A stretch of 64,000 bases of DNA from Geosiphon pyriformis uo1 (Eukaryota > Fungi > Glomeromycota). Positions 1-13,200 of this stretch are shown in pieces. A program made the position numbers and the translations under genes. The stretch is from NCBI GenBank assembly GCA_016748015.1, contig JAAOMT010000760.1:1-64000 (forward strand), written 5' to 3'. The notes under the pieces were generated by a model that was not told the origin of the DNA, searched no databases, and saw only the letters and a list, made by a program, of their open reading frames with translations. Position 1 is the first letter of the stretch. Every line of letters starts with the position of its first letter.

Positions 1-1879
1 CTTTTTATTTAGTAATTAATATTAACTTAAATTGTTTTTAATTTTTGTTTATATGCAACTCCTTTTTTTAAAATTAATTATTAAATTAATTAATAACTTT
101 CTTATAAATCTAGTTATTAACTCTTTTTATCAGAAATATAAAAAAAAATGACTTTTAATGTTGTTGAAAACCATTAATAAATAAATTTTATTATTTTAGC
201 GTTAACAAATATTATTATTTTTTCTCTTTCTTTCTTTCTTTCTTTTTCTTATAATTTTTTATTTAAAACTAAGACACTTACTCTTATAATAATTGCTTGT
301 GAAAGGAATATTAAATAAATATTAACTTATTAAATTTTAAATGTTTTAATTGGAACATAAAATTATAACAGCTATATTATCTTTTAATTACGATTACAAA
401 TTATTTTTACACTTTTCACGTTTCTCTTTTTAGAAATCGATATATTAAAATTAAAATTATTACAAAATCAAATATTATGTTGATTATATTTTATATAATA
501 TCTTGTATTCATCGGGAAATAAGCACTACTTAATCGACACGAAAGAATACTATATTATCATAATTAAAAAGACATGATCTAAGAAGTATTTGGATTGAAA
601 ATAAAAAAATTAAAGCCGATAAATTTTTTAAGCTAGTAAGATTTTTGTTGTCAATGAAAACAAAATTCGTAAAAGATCAGTAACCAAATTTTTTTTGCAA
701 AATTATTAACATTAAACCGAGATGAGTTTGCCCACTTTTGATATTCAAATTTTTGGAAAATATTTAATATAAACAAATCAAAGAAAATTTGAACTCTATC
801 TTCAAAACTTGTTTCTAATTCCGTTTTAAATAAGTTAAATATATATTTTTTCTGTTTGTTTCTTAAAGTGCAAATACACCTTTTTTATGCCAAAACTTGC
901 TTATAAATATTTCTGCACGCCTTAATTGGTAATATCTGTTTTGTATAAAATTGGACTATACTTAATAAGATTTTTTTTAAAATAAAATTGGCTGGCTTCA
1001 ATTAAATTCGTCACTAAATATCGGATAGACCATACTTTTAATTTCAACAATTTTGGAAATAAATACTTTAAGTCTCAATTTTTTATTAGTCGAATTTTAT
1101 TTAAAGTTATTTTGTTTGGAGTCGCGTCTTTGATGTGGGAATCGCTTATATTCAGAATTTGCGATTGATTCGAAATATCCATGTTCCACATGATGATTTC
1201 CAAACTGAAAATAGATATGCCAAAGGGAAGTCATTACAGGAAGCGGTGATAGTGATCACGATCCGGTATTAAAAACATGACTAAAAAACAACAATGACCA
1301 ACAATAATTACAAACTAGTTTATTTCCCAATTTATAAAGAGAAAACATCGATTATAACACTAATGTGACAAAAACTACATTTTAATCAAAAACTTTCGAT
1401 TTTATGAATATATGCAATGCAAATATAGTAACAAGCAAATTTAATTAAAAATGGATCCTTTGGGAAAAGCATTTCTTGTTATATGTTCCTCCGATTTTCA
1501 CATATAAATAATCTGCTGTAAAAAGAAAGATTAATTTAAGCGTATCGAAAATTCTATTTGGATTTCTTTATTAATTGAAAAATATCAATTTTTTATTTTT
1601 TTTTCAATTATGCCTTTTTAAATATAAGCTTGAAGAGAAAAAATTCTTTTCATAAATTGTGGAAAATTGATAATAATTTGAAAGTTCAATTTAATTTATA
1701 AATCAAATTTAGAAATTAGCTTTATTCATACACAATATGAGACAAAAAAAAATTAACTTTACAAATCAATCACAGCTCCAACTAATCATTTAATTAGTAT
1801 ATTTTTAGAAAGACCAAAAGCTATTCATTTTATTAATATAAAATTTAATATGTAATATAATATGCAATTTTTCCCTTTC

Positions 1880-2700
1880 GATAATCAACTCGCAACGCCG
1901 TAACATTGAATTTATTAAATAAATTAGCATTGTTTTTGGCAAAAAATTCCATTCTTCAACCATATATCGCTGCAAATCATCCATATTTTGCGGCCTTCAT
2001 TTTTCTAATTCACGTTTAATGATTACCCCATAGATTTTCAAGAGGATTTAGATCCAGACTACACGACAACCAGTCAATAACTTCAGTTACATTTTAACTA
2101 CTCGACTTCTATGCTTGAGATTGATTATCTTGTTAAAAGCACTTCTTCCCAAGCATGTCATTAAATTTTCCAATATGTTGTTGTAAAATTTCAATGTAAA
2201 ACTTAGTATTCATAATACGCGGAAAACCACCCTTACAAAAAATATTTCTACGGATCTTTTGGTCTTGGACGAATTGACCGTTTTCCCTTGTACCAATTTT
2301 CATTTGCGTTTGGGAACACTTGAAATGCTGTTTCATCTAAAAATAAGGTTTTTTTCCAGTCAGCATTAAGATGAAATTTGGGCCATTCAACAACTTTCCT
2401 ACTTTTGAACTTGCATGGGTATTGATGTATTAATTGGTAGATTTTTTATATATCCAAGTGATTTTAAATGTCCCCTGCCAGTTGTGTGATTGGAAATATT
2501 TATCCTCTCTTTCTATCTAATTTAATAGCAATTTTTTGCAGAGACAAAGAAGAATTTTCATAATCATATTTACTTACTTTACTTAATTTTAGAACGAAAA
2601 GTTTAAGACGAGATCAACTTTGTTTGCTACATTCTTTGAACGACAAATTTATTTCTAATGTGAATTATAAAATGAATTCCGCTTTAAAAATAGTGGAAAG
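1880..2700 (-). mobile_element. Tc1/mariner (DDE_3) transposase remnant, frameshifted
   Basis: Minus-strand translation gives LFLDETAFQVF (~2320-2345), QDN..LKHRS (~2105-2132) and VIDWLSCSLDL/PLENLWVIIKRELE (~2005-2080), matching Tc1 FxDE, QDNxxxH and WPxxSPDLNPIENLW. TIRs not resolved, so boundaries are approximate. Confidence 0.8.
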
Positions 2701-5700
2701 TAAAACTTCGCACATTGAATCTTATTTGGATGAAAAATGAAAAAGTTTATATACAGTAACTTTTTTTTTGTTGATCATTAAGTTTTTTTTGTCACACTAT
2801 ACATAATAGAATTTTTTTAATTTATTTTAAAATAATTTTTGATAAATTATTGTTCATAAATACCAAAAAAAAAATTTTTATATTGATACATTATCAACAA
2901 ATTAATATTCATATAGAAAAAAAAAATGATTTATTTATAAGTTTTTTTTATGAATTAATTAATTAATTATTAATGAAAAAAATAAAAATTTTTTTTTGTA
3001 CATATTTAATTGAAAAAAATGATGAAAACTATAAATTTGAATATAATATATATTTTTAAAAATTAATACTTTTAAATTTAGAAAAATAAATAAATTAATA
3101 ATTATATAAAAAAACAATTTGAAAAATTGATTAAAATTAATTTCCTAATTGTATTTTTGTATTAAGTAATTAGAATTTTATAGTATAGTTTTAATAATAA
3201 ATAATTTAGAATTTATGAAATGAACCAAAAAATTCAAATGATAGCATAAAAAAAATAATAATAAAATAAAAAATAAAAATAAAAATTTTAAACCAATTAA
3301 ATCACAAAATTTTAATTTAATCTACCAAAAAATAATAATTTATAATTGAAATAATAATTATTTCTTCTCAAATTAATTGACATATCAATATTGGCAATAA
3401 ATAAAAAAGAAATTCTTAAAAAGGTTGTAAAAAATTATATTGTGATATTTTCTTAACACAAAAGCCACAAAATAAAAATTTCCATCAGGGAAATCAGTTT
3501 TAGCAAAAATTAAAAATTTTACAAATAAAAACATTAATTCTGCTTAGATCTGCTAAAAATTGATTTAAATCGTGAAACTCTTCTTTCACAAATGATCAAA
3601 TTAAATCAAAAATTTCTTTTAGCTTTGATCTGTCGCAATTCTGCTATTCAAAACATAAAAATCTGATTTGAAATCGGACAAAATAATAAAAGGACATCAC
3701 TATTTCATGGGTAGCAAAGAAGTAAATCTCCTTTAACAATCAATGTTTTTTGAAAGGCATTAATATTTGTGATTATTGCAATTTTGATCAACGCTTTTTG
3801 CAAATGAAACATTGAACTTCATGTTTCATGTCCTGATCCAAACGATGTAAAACAAAATTTTGTTTTTGTTGTCTGCTTATCAATTGTGGCTCAAAGATGA
3901 TAGACTGTGTTTTGTGAGGAATTATTTAAAAATTGGATTCTTTAAAGATGATCATTTTTCTTGTTTTTTATCAATGAATCAGAATTTATTAATTCAACGA
4001 AAAATGGAAGTTTTATAAATGTCTATAATTGGTTCATGACATTTAAAGAATTACTAGCTTATAATGATTAAAAAATGGGGGTATTTGTTTATTTGAGATT
4101 TGAAGATAAGGCTTAAAACGGTTTTAAAAATGGCAGACCTATTTTTAGAAACCAAAAATTTCCCAATTTTAACTCTGACAAGGATCTTCACTAAAGTTGC
4201 TAAATTAAACATTACATACATAATGATGATGTAACCCGACATTGAAAACTCGTTGAATTGGCAAGGAAATTCTGCATTTGTACATTGTGTAATCTTGAAA
4301 CGAAGGTTTTAATCAAGAATTTCTTTATATTGTGCTGTTCGAAAAATCCAAAAAAACATAATACACACATTATTTTTGTTCTCAATCACCCTGGTTCAAA
4401 AATGAATCCCTAGCATACTGTAAGAAATTTTTTTTTGGGAATAATCTAGGAACATTGAATGGATTCAAAATTTGATGATAAATATTTTCCTGCACTCCGG
4501 GTTGCGATAATTAAAGCAAATAAAGTATTCCAAGTTAATTTATTATCAAATAAAAAAAAAATTTTCGCCCAATGTCAATATTATTGTTTGATATTGGGAA
4601 GGAAAAATGAAATTTTAGCACGCAAAATAACATTCCGCAATTTTTCCACAACACCGGAGTCAAATATCGTTTCAAACTTTTTATCTTTGAATTTTTTTAA
4701 GATTATCAAAAGAATTACTTTAGATACAAAGATTAAAATTTCCTAAAATGGACAAAATTCCAAGAAAATTTTGAGTTGTTTTGAATTTGTAATTCAACAA
4801 ATAAACCGAACTTTTTGGAAGCTTAGAATTTCTATTTATCCAATTTTAGTCTAATATATTTTTTTTCCTTCACTCTGACTTGAACGAGCTAAGATGACGT
4901 AAATAAATCCCGAAATAATTCCGAATCTGATGTTAAAAATGGCAGTAAAAATTTTTTGATTTGATGAAGCCCAGCTTCGGTGATTTTTGAATTCAAAATA
5001 TTTTGGTCGTTCGATATATGTTTTTCCTATATTAGCTACGAATTCTAATTTCAATTTGAGATTTTACCTTTTATAAAAAGATATTCTTGCAAATTAAAGT
5101 AAATTCACTTCAAATTATTAGTACATATTAAGACATAGTTGGTCTTCTAAAACACCCACACTTTTGTTGGTTTTTCCATAATTTCAAAACAAAAAATTAA
5201 TGTTCATAAAAGAAAAAGATGTTATAATTTACAAGTTGTATAATATGATTATACTTGGTCTATTACTAAAGAAAGAATAAAGTAGTTTTCATGATTAGGA
5301 AAAGGGGGGGGGGGAGGAGGAGGAGAAGGAGGGAGTGTAAAATAAAGGGTAAATTGTTTTTTGGATTTCAATCTATAATTATATAGCTAAATTCTTTTAT
5401 CGTTTTTTGCATGTGATGATGATGATGATGACGTGTTGTTGTTGTTGCCTTTGGGGCTTTGTCCTTACGATGATACGCTTGATGATGATGGTGTCGAAGT
5501 CGTGAAGACGATGATATAACGTGATAATTATGTGAATTATGATGCCCGAAATCCGGGTGTATATCATGTAAATGTAAGAAAACCGTGTAGAAAAATAGAA
5601 GGAAGCTCACAAATACTAATGTTTCTGAATTTGAATGAAAAGGAAAAAGAAAATTTATTATTATTATTATTATTATTAAAAATGATTCGAAAGTTTTTTT

Positions 5701-8700
5701 TTTGTTTTTTTTTTAAAAAATAATTGAAAACAATTTCTTGACATAAACTCACTGAATAAAATAGGTTCCCAAGTTCGAAACGAGTCTTCGGTAGTGACAT
5801 CCGATTGATAATTTTTGACGGTGAACCAATTGCGTAGTGAAACAAACATTATTATTCGTCTTTGATAAATTTAAAAAAATTATTTCTTTCTTCTTTTTAC
5901 TTTCAACTTTTTTTTTATCAAAGAAAACTACCCTCTCTAAATAAAAATAATCTTTTTTCTTGAACTTTATTGAAAAGAATAAAAACTATTTTTCTTTGAA
6001 AAAGCGTTGATGCTTAGGGAAGAAATTTTTTTTTTTCGAGAAACAAGCAAAATTTGTTTAAAGCAGTTGAAGTGGTGAAAAGATGTTGGTTTATATATAG
6101 GCTCATGAGGCTTGTATCCTATAAAAGGATATTGAAACTTGTTTTCTTGTGTGCGTCCTACTTTCCATATCAAGTTACATATATGTATATTTGATTTTAT
6201 CCGATATTACTTCAAGCAAGTGATATTCTCAATATAATTGATTTATCGAAAACTTTTATGCCGATATCGAGTAAATCTTTTATAATAAATAACTTTTTTT
6301 CATTAACTGATACTTGATATATTTTATAGTGTGAAACAATTTAGAAATTACCTTTTTTCAATGATTTCTTTGAACACATATACACATTCTTATCTCCCAA
6401 CGGACCTAAATCAATTTAATCATTTCATTAAATTTAAAAAAAAAAAATTTTAAAAGTAAATTTCACTAATTTTTCATCTTTTTTAGATTTGATTCATTAT
6501 TTCAAAAAGTCCAAAGAAGCGATTCCCCAAATGTTAATTGTTCCATCTTAATGTTCTATAATATTTGATGACTCCTTACACATGTAATTTTTGACAAACA
6601 AATCTCTGCCCATTTTCCGGTTAGTTTCATGCAAGTGTGGTGTAGCAATGCGGATTATCTTTTATAACAAATTTCATTTTTTAAATCTATCCTCTATTCT
6701 TTCGGGATAATTCATGGCCGAAAACATGAACAAGATTTTGTTATTACTCGTATTGTGAACGTTAAAATCCGAGAATGGGATACACTGCATAATTTTAATA
6801 AAAATAAAAAAAATTACCGAGTAATTCAATTTCAGATTAAATTGTAAATGGTTTTGTGAAAAACCATTATTAGGAAATTAAGATATGTTGTAAACTTTGT
6901 TTGGAAATTTTTTTTCCATATAATGAAAAGATTTTCAAGTCAAAATTAGGTTGATCACCAAGAAAAACTGGATTTTTGAACCTTTAATAAAACACTAAAT
7001 GGTTACCCATTTTAAAAAAACGAAGAACCACCTGGGTCATTAGGGGTTTCTCGTTAAACTATTATAATTACTAACAGCCAAACACACTTCCCAGATCTTT
7101 TTTAAGCCTGAAAAAGGATTTATGCGTCCTTGTTTTTTCTGCTTGGAAGATTCAAAGATGTGTGGCTTTGATTAGATCGGCATAAAAAGACGTTCGGATC
7201 GTTTTTGATCGTTTTGATTGAAACCATTTTATAATATGAAATATCTTTGGCTAATTATCATTTCACAATCCCTTTTTGAGTTTTACAAAGTTTTCAAATT
7301 ACCGGAAATTTTTTATCACATCTATTTTTGTTTCTTCTAGATTTGATTCTCATTTTTATAAAAATAAGTCTTTTAAAGTTAATGAGCTCAATAAATTGTC
7401 TCAAAGACGTAACGATCTATTTTGATTTAAGAGATATGAGCATCCAAACATAATAAAAGAATCCCATTGTCCATGATGAATTTAGTAATATGATTAATTT
7501 TACTCTTTTGAGAATCCTATTTAAAATAAACCTTGTTTGTTTTTAAAAATTTTTGAATGGTCGTATTCAAAAAAGACTTTAATGGTATTTTATTCAAACA
7601 ATCCCTCATTCCCTCATTCATAACCCCTAATAATCATTCATAATACCTAATTGGTATAGAGCATGATAAATAAAATTAGTAGGACAAAAGATTTTGAATC
7701 CTAAAATGTTCATTGAACAAAATCTTGTGCATTCTGCAAATCAAATTAGTCTTGAGAAAAAGGGGTTATTTTGAGAAATAAACATATATCAATAATGGTT
7801 CTGTGAAAGGTTACCGGTTTTATTGGTTTGAAAATTTATTTCTAATTATGAATGTGTCAATGAAAAAAAGTTGATCAAAAAGATTATTCTACATTGAGCT
7901 AAACCAGGGCATTCATATTAAGCTTAAACCAAGTGCCTTTTTTTTTTGAAGTTTTGAAAAAGAATCTGAAATCTTGAAATTTTAACCAAAATCACCAAAT
8001 ATTGAATTTTACTCAATCAAAGGATAAGATTAATTGTAACAATATGCACCCGTTTGCCAGAATGCATGGAAATTAACTCATTCTAACTAGTGCAGTAAAG
8101 TTCATAAAAAAAATTTTTTATTTTCGGCATGACACACTTTATACATTTTATAAAAGAGCAGCTCCTCAATACTTTAATTTCCTTAGTATTTAAATTACCC
8201 AATTTTTACTGATAAATTGGGAGAAAAATGAATTGGTGAATTAATAAATAAGGTTTTAAATTAAAAAAATTTATTAATTTCAAAGGAATAAATTATATAC
8301 TTTTAACTTTTTCTGACATTAAATATATTATAAATTTAATATTAATTCGGTCAAACTTTTTATGAAAAATAAAGTTAAAGTAACTAACGTGTACCATTTG
8401 ATATCACAAAATTTTTGATAAAAGAAGTTTAATCTATTTGTATACAATAGAATTACAAAAATATCTTTATACAAGCTCAAATATGGGCATAAATACTATC
8501 AATATTAGCAAATACTATCTCTTCTGGAAGATTTGCTCATGCTTTTTTACTAGCCAAATAAAAACATAGTTCACCTCTTTTGAAAAGTTGGCGCATTCCT
8601 TTTTAATATATATTTTAGATTAGGTTTGGAAACAGCCCAAATATTTTAATGAAATTAAACTCTGATTATATTATGTTCACTGGCAAACGTAAGTTCAATT

Positions 8701-10226
8701 CACATTTTCTAATTAGGTTTTTAGAATTAAAAAAAGTAAAAATTAACATATAATGTTATGATTATAATGTTATAAAAAAATATTAAATAATGTGATTAAA
8801 AAAATTAATTAATTAAAAATAAGTAATTAAAAAATTAATTTTGAAAAAAAATTAATTAAAAAGATAATTAAAACAAAAAATATTTAATTGAAAGATAATG
8901 TTAAATATTTGAAAAAACAATAAACTACTAACTTTTAAAAAAAAATTAAACCTAAAAATTGATAATTATTTAATTAAAATTGAATTGAATTGAATTGAAT
9001 TATTATAAAACTGATTAAAATTGCATTTTAAATCAACTTTATAAATATATAATTAAATTAATAATCAGATCAATAATTAAATTATAGTTTATTTAAAACA
9101 TGTAATATTAATAGTCACATTTTTTGCCTCTAAATCTTTTAAATTTTATCTTTACAACCAAAATAAAAGAAAAAAAGAAACAATCAGTATTTTTTTTAGA
9201 ACATATAAAAAAAAATCAAAAAGTTTTCTCAATAATAAAAACAATATTATAAAAGCAATTTTTAAAAATCTTTTTTTAGCAGCCTTTTTACCAAATTGTT
9301 ATTAAAATTCTATTGAAAACAGCTTTAACATTATATTTATTATAAAAAATACTTTTTGTTTTGGTTTATTTAAAAACAACAATTTTGTATTTTATAATTT
9401 ATTTTTTTAAGAAATTTGAATACTGTAATTATTAAAACTAATATTTTAAAAAAAAGTTATATCTAGTAAAAAACTTCTAATTGTTTATATTGTTTTAGGT
9501 ATTAAAGTTTAAAGTATTTGGCTTTTAATTGTAAAGTGTTTTTATTTTATTTTTTAAAGCTTTTATCAAAATTTGTAGTTGGTTTTAAATTTTTAAGAGT
9601 TATTTTATTAGTGCAAAATTTATGCCAAGGCTGTTATTTTTTTGGTTTTCTTTTTTATTATTTGTTATAAATCTTGTAATTAATTTTAAATTAGCTTTTT
9701 TAAAATTTAAATTGATTAAATTAGTTTTGTTAATTAAATTTACTATTGGTTTTTTGATTATTTTAATACAAAATTAATAGATATTTTTGGATTTTTGGAT
9801 GTTAAAAAAATATTGGCAGTTTTAAAAGAGTTATTAATAATTTAAGCAAAAAATTATTTAATTTTAAAGTAAAATATAATATATAAATAGTTTATTTAAA
9901 AAAAATATGTTTAATAATAATTTAAATTTTTTTGATAATAAAAAATATTTACTAAAATAATAGTTTTTTCCAAGTTTTAAGTTTTTAATATTAAATTTAA
10001 TGTAAATTAAATTGTTATATAGTTAGCTGGTTTGGTTTTTAACAGCAATAATTTAGTTTTTATTATATATAAAAATTGTTTTAAATAAGTTTGCTTTTTT
10101 AAATTCAATATAATTTGATTTTAATTAATTTAAATGACTAGTTATATATAAAAAATACATAAATTGTATTTAATTAAAAAAATATATTTTTTATTTATTT
10201 ATATAGTGATAATTAATTACATTTAA

Positions 10227-13200
10227 ATGGCTGCTATACTATTTACTGCTTATGTTTAAGACCCAAATAAACAATTAATAGATATATTAACAACCAATTT
10301 TATTAGACTTTTAAAACCATTAACCAAAATATTATAAGAAAATCAAAGGTTTTTAAGATCTTAATATTAGCTTATTATAATTAGCTTTAGCAGTTTTAAT
10401 ATAATCTAAAATTTAAAAACTAAAGTTTTTTAAAGAAAATTTTTTAAATAAAACAACAAAATATCAATTTTTAAATTAATAAATATATTTTTAAGAATAA
10501 AAGTACAAATTAAAAAAAAAATTTTTCTTTAATTTCAATTTAATTAATTACAACATGAAATTACAAAAAACAGTAATAAATCATTAAATTATATCAGATC
10601 CAGTATAATTACTTCAATATTTAATAATAAAAATAAAATCTTAAAATTAAAATTATTTAAAATTCACCAAAGTTAAATTATCAAAAATTGTTCAGAAATC
10701 AAATTTGTAAAAAATTTGATAAAAACATCTATTTTTATTATTTTTAATCAGTTCATAACTCATTTACAATTTTGCAAGAACTTTTAAAATTATTAATACT
10801 CAAAAAAAAACAACTCAGAACCAACAAACAATTTTGACAAAAAATATTATTTCTTAGTAACAATATTATTTTTCTTATTTATAAAGCACAAATAGTTAGA
10901 TATTTTATAGATCTAATATTAAATAGTAATTCTTTAATTAGTATTATAGTTCAGTATTTTTTAGATGCAATTAAAAGACAAGTTAACAAATTATCAATCG
11001 AATTTATGACTAATATTTATAAAAATAAAAAAAAGCCTAGAAATTATTAAAGCTGTTTTATTTAAATTAATAATATATACATTAAACCTAATATAGAAGT
11101 TTTAAAAGCAAAAAAGTATATTAAAATCATTAAAAACAAATGATTAAAGAAAGCTAAGACTCTTCTCAATTATAAGCTTTATAAACTTATTATTTATAAT
11201 AAAATCAAACTAATTGTAATTAAGTATTAACATTAGACTATGTTTTTTGTAATAGTTCAATAATAATACTTTAATAACAAAGCAATAATAATGATAATTT
11301 CGATAATTCCAAAAACTTTAAAAAAAAAACAAAGAAAAAAAAAGCAGAATTAATTTTTACTACTTTCAACAATTATGAAAACTTTTAAACAATATGCAAA
11401 CAAATAGTAAAAAATTAGTAGTTAATAGAAAACTTATCAATTAACCATACTATAATATGTTCAAAAAAATATTTAAACAACAACCAAAAAAGATAGCAAA
11501 ATAGAATTATTGATGACATGACTTTTATATTAGATATTAATACAATTATCTTTTTTATTTTTTAAGTGACAAATACAAATTATACTTGAATTTTTTCAAA
11601 AATTGAGAAGCAATTAGTTTAATTTTTAATAAAAAATCAAAGCTGTACAAAAAACATTCAAAGAAAAAATGTTTAAAGTTTAATTATTAGCAGTTAAACA
11701 AAAAAACACAGAAAAAAAAACCAAAAAATTGATATTAAAAAATTATTAATTCAAAATAAGTCAATAATTTTAAAACAAATCTTATTTAACATATAATCAA
11801 AACTAAAAATGTCTGATTTATTTATTTAAAGCCTTATTAATCAAATTGCTAAAATAATAAATTTATTAAGAAAAAAATAAATTGGTGTTATAGAATGATT
11901 TTCTTGGTATATTAAATGTTGATATCCCGTTTTAATTGCAATCAGTTTCTCGTGAGTTTCTTAATTTTATTTGTGTGATAATGTTAAGATTTATACTGAA
12001 GACTTTTTTTTGATGTCGCAATATAAGTTATTTCTCAATTTTTGATTGTTGTGTATGTTTATGTACTCCTTTCCAGAGGTTAAACTGAAATCTACCTGCT
12101 GTTTGGTGTCTTCTCTAAGGCTATTCTTGCAATTGTTTGATGTGTTTTTCTAATCTAAAAACACGAAATATTAATGGTCTTTAGTGCATTTTTTCTAATT
12201 CTCACACTAAAGCTTTTTATCAAATAGTAAAAACGTAAATAATATTGATCAGAGATTATTCTTTCAAGAGATTCAGTTGATGAATGATAGTTTCATTCAA
12301 TAAATGACATAAGTAGTTTTTTAATACTTTAAGTTATGATAATTCAGTTTTCAATATTTTTTTTATTTCTTTTTAATTAAAAATTTCTTTGAATATTTAT
12401 TTTAAAAGTAAAGGCTAAAAGACAATTAAAATAGAAATTATTAGATGAACTTGTTGGATAAATTGTTGTTTTTTTCAATATTAAAGTTACTGTATATATA
12501 CATGTTTGTAGTTCTATGAGAAAACACATTGTATTACTTTCTTTTTGATATCTCAACCTGATGTTTGTTATTACCAGTTGATGTTTGCTATTATTGCAAA
12601 CTAGTGCTTACCATTATTGTAAAATAATGTTTACCACTTTGTTTAATCATTACTTTTCTAAGATTATTACTATGCTATATTATGATTAGGTAATTTATAT
12701 TATTTTATGATTCTTTTGCTAAATTCTTGAACCATAACATTGGATAAAAAACTTGGATTTATATAGAAAACCAAAAACAAATAGATATTTTTCATTAAAA
12801 AAAGAAGAAATTTTATATTATATTAATTACTGTTAATTAATACACTTATTAAAAAAGATATATATTTACTTTTAAAAATTAACAATACTCTTGAACAATT
12901 TAAAAATCAATCTATTTTACAACAATTAATTTAATTATTGAATTTTAACAAATAGAAATAGATTTTGTTAGCAAAGAAAAAACCACTTTTATTATAAAAT
13001 ATAGAGCTTACAAGTTCATTATAATGTTTTTAAATTGACAAATACTCTATTTATCTTTCAAAGATTAATGAATAAGGTGTTTAGATTAAAGCATTAACAA
13101 TTTGTTTTTGTATATTTTAATAATATAACTATATATTTAAAAACTTAAATAAACATTTGGACTATTTTTAAAAAGTTTTAAATCTCTTTAGAAATACTAA

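Noticed and set aside
6300-7250. Exon-like, GC-richer patches suggesting a decayed gene (similar patches at ~25400-26450 and ~27400-28900)
   Set aside because: No recognisable domain or consistent spliced frame could be built by eye; needs tBLASTx or RNA-seq.
8760-10200. 5' LTR and leader of the older gypsy element
   Set aside because: TGTTAT.. and ..TGTAATA-like ends are visible, but the sequence is too AT-decayed and no matching 3' LTR was found.
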